Below, in pieces: positions 56,826-64,000 of a DNA stretch of 64,000 bases; position 1 is the first letter of the stretch, and the number at the start of each line of letters is the position of its first letter. The position numbers were made by a program, and so were the translations under genes. The notes under the pieces were generated by a model. That model saw nothing but the letters and a program-made list of their open reading frames with translations. It did not search any database and was not told the origin of the DNA. The stretch is from an uncultured Bdellovibrionales bacterium. Its GTDB lineage: Bacteria > Patescibacteriota > Minisyncoccia > Moranbacterales > UBA1568. The stretch spans positions 5,289-69,288 of the forward strand of contig CAYLJX010000005.1 in assembly GCA_964384235.1 (NCBI GenBank), read 5' to 3'.

Positions 56826-58520
56826 ATGAATGACATCCTCAATCAGGATGAACTGAAGAGCGTCCTCCTGGATTCCGGTATCGTGAGCGAGGAGCAGATG
56901 AGGATGGCGGAGGAGCGTATGCGGGAGGGAGGGACGCTTGCGGAAGCGCTTCTTTTTTACAGTTTCATCTCCGACGAGGAGCTCGGGCGGCTTCTCTCGG
57001 ATTCTCTGGGGCTCCCGTTCGTTTCCCTGCGGCAGGCGTTCATTTCGGACGAGGTGCTGCGGATCATCCCGGAAATCGTCGCCAAGAAACATCGGATCAT
57101 AGCCTTTGCTTTGGATGAAAACGGTCTTTCGGTGGCCATGGCCGATCCGGGCGATCTGGAAATACGAAATTTTCTCGAGAAAAAGACCGGGCTTCCGGTC
57201 AAGGTTTCCTATACGACCGAACGCGAGATCCGAAACGCGCTTTCCCTGTACAAGAAGGAACTGCAAGCGGCCTTTCAGGATATCCTGGTGTCGGATATCG
57301 AGTCGGCGGGGGAAGGCGCGGGCGAATCCGATCCGCCCATCATCCGCATCGTCGATACGCTGGTGGCGTATGCCTATGAGAACCGTGCCTCCGATATCCA
57401 TCTCGAGCCGCGCGAGGACGAGATGCTGGTCCGCTTCCGTATCGACGGTGTCCTTCATGACATCGTGAAGCTTCCGGCCACCCTGCATCCCCAGGTGATC
57501 GCCCGTCTCAAGATCCTCTCCAGTCTGCGTACCGACGAGCATCAGGTGCCGCAGGACGGCAAGATCGAGTTCGTCCTCGAGAACGGGGAGCATCTCGATG
57601 TCCGCGTCTCTCTCATCCCCACGACGGAAGGGGAGAAAGTCGTGCTCCGTCTCCTCTCGGATCGGTCACGGCAGTTCTCGCTCTCCAATCTCGGGATGTC
57701 CCGGGATACGCTCGAGATCCTCAAGGTCGCCTATGAGAAACCGTACGGCATGGTACTCGTCACCGGGCCGACCGGTTGCGGCAAGACGACGACACTCTAT
57801 TCGGTGCTCAAGCTTCTGAACCGCCGGGAGGTCAACATCGTGACGATCGAGGATCCGGTAGAATACGACGTGGAGGGCGTGAGTCAGATCCAGGTCAATC
57901 CGGACGTGGATCTCACCTTCGCGACGGGACTCCGCTCCATCCTCCGTCAGGATCCAAACATCATATTGGTCGGCGAGATCCGCGACGACGAGACGGCTGG
58001 CATCGCGGTGAACCTGGCCATGACCGGTCACCTCGTCCTCTCGACCTTGCATACCAACAACGCCGCTACGTCCATCCCGCGTCTCATCGACATGCATATC
58101 GAGCCGTTCCTCATCGCTTCGACGGTGAATGTCATCATCGCCGAGCGCCTGGTGCGGGAGATCCATGCCGCCTGCCGGGTGAGCGAGGAAATCGCAAGCA
58201 CGGAGCTTCTCGAAAAGATCGGGGAAAAACCGTACGCGAAAGTGTTCGGTCAGGCCGAGGAGGGAAAGAACATCCGTCTCTACCGCGGCAAGGGCTGCGA
58301 CGCGTGTCACGGGACCGGCTACGAGGGACGCACGGGTATCTTCGAGGCGCTTGTGCTCGATGACAGGCTGCGTGAGGCGATCGTCGATCAGGCTGATGCG
58401 GATACGATCGAGCGCCTGGCGGTCGAGAGCGGCATGCGGACGATGTTCGAGGACGGACTGCTCAAAGTGCAACAGGGGATCACGACGCTCGATGAAGTCT
58501 TGAGGGTGACGAAGGAATAG
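56826..58520 (+). CDS. pilB: Type IV pilus assembly ATPase PilB/GspE
   Basis: ASDIHLEP, GPTGCGKTTT, EDPVEY, GEIRD, TGHLVLSTLHTN; MshEN-like N-terminus. Confidence 0.93.
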   Translation: MNDILNQDELKSVLLDSGIVSEEQMRMAEERMREGGTLAEALLFYSFISDEELGRLLSDSLGLPFVSLRQAFISDEVLRIIPEIVAKKHRIIAFALDENGLSVAMADPGDLEIRNFLEKKTGLPVKVSYTTEREIRNALSLYKKELQAAFQDILVSDIESAGEGAGESDPPIIRIVDTLVAYAYENRASDIHLEPREDEMLVRFRIDGVLHDIVKLPATLHPQVIARLKILSSLRTDEHQVPQDGKIEFVLENGEHLDVRVSLIPTTEGEKVVLRLLSDRSRQFSLSNLGMSRDTLEILKVAYEKPYGMVLVTGPTGCGKTTTLYSVLKLLNRREVNIVTIEDPVEYDVEGVSQIQVNPDVDLTFATGLRSILRQDPNIILVGEIRDDETAGIAVNLAMTGHLVLSTLHTNNAATSIPRLIDMHIEPFLIASTVNVIIAERLVREIHAACRVSEEIASTELLEKIGEKPYAKVFGQAEEGKNIRLYRGKGCDACHGTGYEGRTGIFEALVLDDRLREAIVDQADADTIERLAVESGMRTMFEDGLLKVQQGITTLDEVLRVTKE

Positions 58521-58523
58521 TGG

Positions 58524-58634
58524 AAAAATTCCTAATTCCCAATTCCTAATTTCTAATAAAAATCCCAATGCCTATTTTTGAAGTTAAAAAATTGGACATT
58601 TCATTGGGAATTGGAAATTAGATATTGGAAATTT
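58524..58634. repeat. Heptamer-periodic inverted-repeat tract
   Basis: AATTCCT/AATTCCC units versus TTGGGAA/TTGGAAA units. Confidence 0.7.
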
Positions 58635-58641
58635 TTTGAGT

Positions 58642-59694
58642 ATGTTTTCTTCGGTCAGTCATTTGGAAAAAATGCTTTTCACCCGGGAGTTCTCGGTGCT
58701 CTTGAAGAGCGGTGTGCCGCTTCGCGAAGCGCTTGTTTCGCTTGAGGGGAAGGCACGGAGAGGAAGCATGCGCAAAGTCTTGCAGGATATCGAAAGCCAT
58801 ATCGAGAACGGCCAACCGCTCTCCCAGGCTCTTTCGCGCTTCCCCAAAGTCTTCGATCCGCTCTACGTGAACCTGGTGAGGATAGGTGAGGCGTCGGGGA
58901 CGCTTCCGGAGAACCTGGAGTTTCTCTCTCATGAACTCGACCAAGCCTATCAGCTTCGCAAGAAGATCCAAGGAATCCTTCTTTATCCGTCGATTGTCTT
59001 CACGCTGGCGCTTGGGTTAGGGGCGGCCATCAGTGTTTTCATCCTGCCGCGTCTCATCCGGCTTTTCGATTCTTTCGATGTCGCGTTGCCGCTCTCGACA
59101 CGTATCCTTCTCGGTGTCGCTTCTTTCATGGAAGCGAACGGAGTGCTTTTTTTCGCGGTTCTTTTTTTGTTCCTTATCGTATGGCGCGTGGTCGTGTCGC
59201 TTCGGACGGTCCGACCGTACTGGCACCGGTTTCTTCTTTCCCTTCCCGGCCTTGGAACATTCTTTCAGGACGTCGCCGCGGCGCGTTTCTGCCGTGATAT
59301 GGGCGTGATGCTCCGAAGCGGCCTGCCTCTCCTGGAGGCGCTTGAGACGGAGGAGCAGGTGATGGAGAACCGGGCCCTGGCCCGTCTTATCAAAGAGCTC
59401 TCCCGCGCGGTGGCGTCGGGACAGTCGCTCGCCGAAGAATTGGAACAGGAACGCTACGCGCTCATTCCGTCGCTTGCGGCGAAGATGATCTCTGCCGGCG
59501 AAAAAACCGGTCGTCTGGGAGAAACGTTTCTCTATCTGGAGAACTTCTTCGAGACGGAAGTGGATCGTCGCGTCAAGAACATGACCGTGCTGTTCGAACC
59601 GATGCTCCTTGTCGCGATCGGCCTCCTCGTCGCGTTTCTCGCGCTTGCTATTCTCACACCCATCTACTCTTTGACAGGCTCCGTGCATCGTTAA
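58642..59694 (+). CDS. pilC: Type IV pilus platform protein PilC/GspF
   Basis: FTREFSVLLKSGVPL, GEASGTL, YPSIV, GEKTGRL, EPMLL. Confidence 0.93.
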   Translation: MFSSVSHLEKMLFTREFSVLLKSGVPLREALVSLEGKARRGSMRKVLQDIESHIENGQPLSQALSRFPKVFDPLYVNLVRIGEASGTLPENLEFLSHELDQAYQLRKKIQGILLYPSIVFTLALGLGAAISVFILPRLIRLFDSFDVALPLSTRILLGVASFMEANGVLFFAVLFLFLIVWRVVVSLRTVRPYWHRFLLSLPGLGTFFQDVAAARFCRDMGVMLRSGLPLLEALETEEQVMENRALARLIKELSRAVASGQSLAEELEQERYALIPSLAAKMISAGEKTGRLGETFLYLENFFETEVDRRVKNMTVLFEPMLLVAIGLLVAFLALAILTPIYSLTGSVHR

Positions 59695-59698
59695 AACA

Positions 59699-60124
59699 AT
59701 GAAAGCATTCACTTTGATCGAAGTCCTTCTTACCGTGGCGCTTCTCTCGATCGTTGTACTCGTCGTCTCGCCGTTCATGGGACGATTTCTGTTCGCTCAG
59801 AATCTCCCGATCGCCGTCGATGAGCTGCGCGGCAGCCTCGTCAAGGCGAGAGAGTACAGTCTGCTGGGAAAGAATGGTTCGCAATGGGGCGTGGCGGTTT
59901 CCGGAGAGCGTATCATCCTTTTTAGTGGCGATACGTTCGCCGGTCGGGACGTGTCGTTCGATGAAACGTACGATATTCCGTCGGGAGTGACGCTTACCGC
60001 TTCGGACGAAGTCGTCTTCGCCCGAGTGAGCGGTGTCCCGAACACGTCCGTGTCCTATGCTTTTTCCCATGATTCCGAAACGAGAAACTATTCGTTGAAC
60101 GCCGCCGGTGTGCTCGGCGAGTGA
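59699..60124 (+). CDS. Minor type IV pilin (FimT/GspH-like)
   Basis: Prepilin MKA-FTLIE followed by a hydrophobic helix. Confidence 0.85.
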   Translation: MKAFTLIEVLLTVALLSIVVLVVSPFMGRFLFAQNLPIAVDELRGSLVKAREYSLLGKNGSQWGVAVSGERIILFSGDTFAGRDVSFDETYDIPSGVTLTASDEVVFARVSGVPNTSVSYAFSHDSETRNYSLNAAGVLGE

Positions 60125-60163
60125 AAATACCATGTACATAACTTCTCACGGTCGTGACAAATT

Positions 60164-60652
60164 ATGTACAGGGAAGAAATGAGAAGTATGAGGAAGAGTT
60201 TTCAGAAAGGATTTTCGCTGATCGAACTTATACTCGCCGGGGCAGTGTTTAGCGTGTTCGCGTGGGGCGTGGTCGAGGTGCTCGCCTTCGGACTGGAGAA
60301 TGACGCGCTCGGCGAAGAGATGGGTATCGCCACCGCCTATGCGACGGAAGGGATGGAAGCGGTGCGGTCTATCAAAGCGAAGAGTTTCGATAATCTCGAC
60401 GTGACGGCGGCGACCGGTATCGATCGGGAGGACGGTGAATGGATCTTTTCCGGTACGGATAACACGGACGGTAAGTACACACGCGTCATCTCGGTAGTGG
60501 CGGTCGATCGGGACGGTGATGGCAACATCACGGAAAGCGGTGGAAGCGATGATCCCGATACGCGCAGGGTGACCGTGACGGTTTCATGGAACACTGCGCC
60601 TTCGCGTCCGGAGTCCGTGGTATTGGAAACATACCTCACACGCTGGAAATAA
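60164..60652 (+). CDS. Minor type IV pilin (PilV-like)
   Basis: KG-FSLIE, ATEGMEAVRSI, VTVTVSW. Confidence 0.88.
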   Translation: MYREEMRSMRKSFQKGFSLIELILAGAVFSVFAWGVVEVLAFGLENDALGEEMGIATAYATEGMEAVRSIKAKSFDNLDVTAATGIDREDGEWIFSGTDNTDGKYTRVISVVAVDRDGDGNITESGGSDDPDTRRVTVTVSWNTAPSRPESVVLETYLTRWK

Positions 60653-60669
60653 CTATCCCTGATCGCTTT

Positions 60670-61215
60670 ATGGACTTTACGGACTTGAAAAACTTTAAAG
60701 ACTTGAAAGGATTCACGCTCTTCGAAGTCATCCTTTACCTCGCCATCTTTTTTTTGATGGCGGTCGCCCTGTTGAATTTTTCCTGGGACATGCTGGACCT
60801 CGGGACCAAGGATCGGACGCTCCGGACGACCGTGTCCGATGCGCGCTTCATAAGCGAGCGGCTCACGTCGCTCATCCGAACCTCGTCCGGCGTGGATGAC
60901 GGTGCCTCGGTCCTGGATGATGACAATGGACGACTGGTGCTTACGAAGCTCGGTTCGAGTGATACGGTGACGATCGATATCCAGAACGGCCTGGTGACCG
61001 TGACGGAGACGGGGCAGCCGGCAATGGCACTTCACTCCGCTGATACGGAGGTGCCGATACTCAGGTTTCAGAAGTACGGCTCGGCCGCTGATGGTTCCGA
61101 GTATGCGGGATTCTCGTTTACGCTCCAGTCGGCCGGATCTGGAACGACCCGCGCTCCGTATGAGGCGACGACGACGCTTCGGGGCGGAGCGTTCTTGAGA
61201 AATAATGGTCTCTAA
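60670..61215 (+). CDS. Minor type IV pilin (PilW-like)
   Basis: KG-FTLFE; leader encoded by a 9-nt periodic repeat. Confidence 0.85.
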   Translation: MDFTDLKNFKDLKGFTLFEVILYLAIFFLMAVALLNFSWDMLDLGTKDRTLRTTVSDARFISERLTSLIRTSSGVDDGASVLDDDNGRLVLTKLGSSDTVTIDIQNGLVTVTETGQPAMALHSADTEVPILRFQKYGSAADGSEYAGFSFTLQSAGSGTTRAPYEATTTLRGGAFLRNNGL

Positions 61216-61235
61216 TCCTGATTCTCGGAACCTTT

Positions 61236-61655
61236 ATGGACTTTACGGACTTGAAAAACTTTACGAACTCGAAGGGTTTTGTTGCAATCATCACCGTTCT
61301 GACGCTTCTCGTGTTCTCGCTTTCGCTCACGCTCGCGACCACGTACCTCTCCATCGGTGAGGCGAAAAGCGCCCTCGCGCTCTCACAGGGGGAAGCGGCA
61401 CTCGCGCTCACGGAAGGCTGTGCGGAGGACGCACTCATCCTGAGCGGACGTGACGAGAATTATACAGGAGGGAGCTATTCATATCTCGGCGGTGCGTGCG
61501 CGGTGGATATAAGCAAGGACCTTTTGGAGTGGACGATCGATGTCGTCGGTACCAGGGATGGTTTCGAACGGCACCTTGAAATCGTGGTGCTGCGCGTACC
61601 GGGCCTCCTCGGATTGCCGGCGACACTTACGCTTCAGAGCTGGCTCGAGAAATGA
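61236..61655 (+). CDS. PilX-like minor pilin
   Basis: KG-FVAII without Glu5, TEGCAEDAL, ends SWLE. Confidence 0.8.
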   Translation: MDFTDLKNFTNSKGFVAIITVLTLLVFSLSLTLATTYLSIGEAKSALALSQGEAALALTEGCAEDALILSGRDENYTGGSYSYLGGACAVDISKDLLEWTIDVVGTRDGFERHLEIVVLRVPGLLGLPATLTLQSWLEK

Positions 61656-61675
61656 AAAACGGGTAGAATACCTGT

Positions 61676-62515
61676 ATGTTTGAGAAAAAACGTTACGTAT
61701 TGTTCGTCGGAAAACGCTTCATCGAACCGGGGATGGTGACGCTTGGGAAAACCGCTTCGTTCGAGGGGGGTGAGGCTCTTTCCTATACGAGTGAAACGCT
61801 TGCCGATGCGCTGCGGAACATCCGGGAGAGAGCGACAGGAAAAGTCCGCGTGGTCCTGAGCGAAGAGTTGGTCTATGTGACGGAAATTTCCTTTCCCGCC
61901 GGTACCTCCGTCACTCGCGAATCGATCCGGGAGAAAGCGGAAGAATTCATTCCTGATGACTTGCATGATTCGCAGTGGGACTTTGAAACGCTTCACTATA
62001 CGGAGAAACGGAAGGAATCGGAAACCTTGGTGCAGGTCGCGATGATAGAGCGTTCGTTTGCCGAAGCGTTCAAGGCTGCGCTTGCGATCGCGCCCCTTCC
62101 TCTCGAAAGCGTCGTGCCGGAATCCTACGCCCTCGCGTCCTTTATGGCTGATCGGGGAGGCGTCTCGGTCATCGTGGAACGGGATCGCGAGTCGACGGTG
62201 CTGGTCGCGACGGAACAGGGATCGGTCATCTCGACGTATGTGCAGGATTCCGTGACGACAGATGGCCTCTCGCTCTTTCTTGGCTTCGTGAAGGGGAAAG
62301 GAAAAGAGGTCAAGCGGATCGTTTTCTCCCACTTTGCCGAAGAAGAAGTGGCGCCCTTCAGAATCTTTGAAGAGCAGGGGTATGAGGTTCTCGCGGAGAA
62401 TTACAATCCGCTCATCGGAGCGGCAGCGCAGGACATCTCCGGCCGTGACGAATCGGTACTCAACATCGATATCTTCCAGACAAACAAAAAGCCCTGGTGG
62501 AGGTTCCGGTCATAA
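61676..62515 (+). CDS. Divergent PilM-like cytoplasmic protein
   Basis: Position in T4P cluster; AEEFIPDDL..WDF and ESVVPESYALA resemble PilM segments. Confidence 0.55.
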   Translation: MFEKKRYVLFVGKRFIEPGMVTLGKTASFEGGEALSYTSETLADALRNIRERATGKVRVVLSEELVYVTEISFPAGTSVTRESIREKAEEFIPDDLHDSQWDFETLHYTEKRKESETLVQVAMIERSFAEAFKAALAIAPLPLESVVPESYALASFMADRGGVSVIVERDRESTVLVATEQGSVISTYVQDSVTTDGLSLFLGFVKGKGKEVKRIVFSHFAEEEVAPFRIFEEQGYEVLAENYNPLIGAAAQDISGRDESVLNIDIFQTNKKPWWRFRS

Positions 62516-62531
62516 GCTGATATAATGAAAT

Positions 62532-62604
62532 TGTCATGCTGAACTTGTTTCAGCATCTTTTCCGGGAAAACATTGTAAAGATTCCGAAACAAGTTCGGAA
62601 TGAC
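62532..62604. repeat. GTCAT...ATGAC palindromic element, copy 4
   Basis: GTCATGCTGAACTTGTTTCAGCATC...GATTCCGAAACAAGTTCGGAATGAC. Confidence 0.75.
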
Positions 62605-62618
62605 GGGTCAAACGTTGT

Positions 62619-63080
62619 ATGCAAAAACACAAAGGCTTCACCCTCATCGAAATCCTCCTCGTCATCGGCATCATCGCTGTGTTGGCGGCGGTCGTCGTCG
62701 TCGCTCTCGACCCGGCCAAACGCTTTGCCGACGCCCAGAACTCACGCCGCCTCTCCGATATCCAGAGCGTCCTCTCGGCCGTGCAGCAGTACATCGTCGA
62801 CAACAAGGGCTCGCTCCCGAGCGGTCTGGAAACGACCGAGAAGCAGATCGGCACCGGCGGGAGCGGCTGCGAAGTCTACGGCGAACACTGCAACGTCAGC
62901 GTAGGAAGCTGTGTGGACCTTTCGAGCGACCTTGCCAAGTATCTCAAAGCCATGCCGTACGACCCCGTGACCGGTGCGGCCGAAGCGACCCATTACTCCA
63001 TCCAGACCGATGCTAACAATATCGTGACTGTGACCGCCTGCGATTCGACGGATGCCACCATCTCGTCCGTTTCCCGTTAA
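62619..63080 (+). CDS. Type IV pilin (likely major pilin)
   Basis: KG-FTLIEILLVIGIIAVLA, RLSDI, PYDP. Confidence 0.92.
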   Translation: MQKHKGFTLIEILLVIGIIAVLAAVVVVALDPAKRFADAQNSRRLSDIQSVLSAVQQYIVDNKGSLPSGLETTEKQIGTGGSGCEVYGEHCNVSVGSCVDLSSDLAKYLKAMPYDPVTGAAEATHYSIQTDANNIVTVTACDSTDATISSVSR

Positions 63081-63091
63081 GCTCTCCCGTC

Positions 63092-64000
63092 ATGAAGGGG
63101 CTGACATTCAAAAAAATCCTCCGAACCCTCATCTCGCTTCCGGCGGGATGTTTTCTCATTTTTGCCTTTCCTGCGAGCACTAACTATCAGCTCAAGGATT
63201 TCAACTACGGCGGCGGAGGGGTGGGGAACGGCAGCTCCTCGAACTATTCTCTCATGGGGACGGCCGGAGAACAGAGCGCCGGTTCGCTCGACGGCACGAC
63301 CTATGACCTCGGTCCGGGACTGGTCTTTACCAACCAGGCTAATGTCCCGCCGGCGCCCACTTTCACCAATCCGAGCAACTACTACAACAAACTCAAAATC
63401 GTCCTCAATACAGGAAGCAACCCGAGCGATACGGTCTTTGCCATCGCGATAAGTTCCGATAACTTCGCCTCCGATACGCGCTACGTCCAGAGTGATGACA
63501 CGGTCGGATCGACGCTTGGTCTCGAGGACTACCAGACGTATACCGCCTGGGGCGGTGCGTCCGGCACCATGATCATCGGTCTTTCGGCCAACACCACCTA
63601 CACCGTCAAGGTCAAGGCCTGGCAGGGTAAGTTTACCGAGACGGGTTATGGTCCGACCGCTTCGGTCGCCACCGTCGGCGCCACGATGACCTTCGATATC
63701 GATGTCGCTCCGACGGATCAGGATAACAGCGTATCGACAACCACATTCAACAACCTGTATGCCGGAACAGTTACGGACAGCGTGGACAAGGTCTGGGTGG
63801 ACTTCATCACCAACGGCGAGAACGGCGGCAGGGTCTACGTCGTCGCCTCCAACGCCGGACTGACGAGCACCGTCGCCGCCTACACGATCAATGCGGTCAC
63901 CGGCAACCTCTCCAGCCTGAACGAAGGCTTCGGCGCGCAGAGCGATACCGCGACCAACGGCCTTTCGGAAGTGACCCTGTACGACCAGACCGGGAGCACA
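63092..64000 (+). CDS. Exported Thr/Gly/Asn-rich surface protein with FN3-like segment (partial, runs off the window)
   Basis: Open frame from ATG 63092: MKGLTFKK...PASTNYQL...GLSANTTYTVKVKA; no stop seen before 64000. Confidence 0.75.
   Translation, partial: MKGLTFKKILRTLISLPAGCFLIFAFPASTNYQLKDFNYGGGGVGNGSSSNYSLMGTAGEQSAGSLDGTTYDLGPGLVFTNQANVPPAPTFTNPSNYYNKLKIVLNTGSNPSDTVFAIAISSDNFASDTRYVQSDDTVGSTLGLEDYQTYTAWGGASGTMIIGLSANTTYTVKVKAWQGKFTETGYGPTASVATVGATMTFDIDVAPTDQDNSVSTTTFNNLYAGTVTDSVDKVWVDFITNGENGGRVYVVASNAGLTSTVAAYTINAVTGNLSSLNEGFGAQSDTATNGLSEVTLYDQTGST

Noticed and set aside
56826-57010. c-di-GMP-binding MshEN domain on PilB
   Set aside because: Helical pattern is present but both RLG motifs are lost (ELKSVL, TLAEAL), so binding cannot be claimed
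58568-58621. MPIFEV... mini-ORF resembling a PilC N-terminus, suggesting a frameshifted pilC
   Set aside because: Lies inside a heptamer tract, is out of frame and stops after 17 codons; pilC from 58642 retains both GspF domains

Overview
Origin-proximal 64 kb of a bacterial chromosome in standard code 11. Gene content (CPR-type pilin, FemABX-MurE pair, DUF3048, compact MscL, large type IV pilus cluster) suggests Patescibacteria/CPR, plausibly Parcubacteria/Moranbacteria-like; this is an inference. It holds dnaA-dnaN-dciA with oriC, rpmH-rnpA-yidC-jag, class I RNR (nrdAB), surface-glycan genes, PBP1A, ruvABC, polA, mutM, holA, pyk, malic enzyme, tRNA-Ser(GGA), a two-component module and a T4P cluster. 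No CRISPR, transposase, integrase or phage genes are visible. Most notable: (1) an unannotated ~170-nt rod-shaped RNA with its own sigma70 promoter and 6S-like architecture; (2) a four-gene operon with a 7TM protein, three different ATP-grasp ligases and a fused aspartyl peptidase; (3) a single polypeptide with two intact PilB/GspE ATPase domains; (4) about 15 periodic 7-9-nt repeat tracts with locus-specific units, often forming hairpins and sometimes translated; (5) several structured dispersed repeat families showing covariation; (6) a symmetric dif-like site; (7) a split sensor/kinase pair upstream of the pilus genes.
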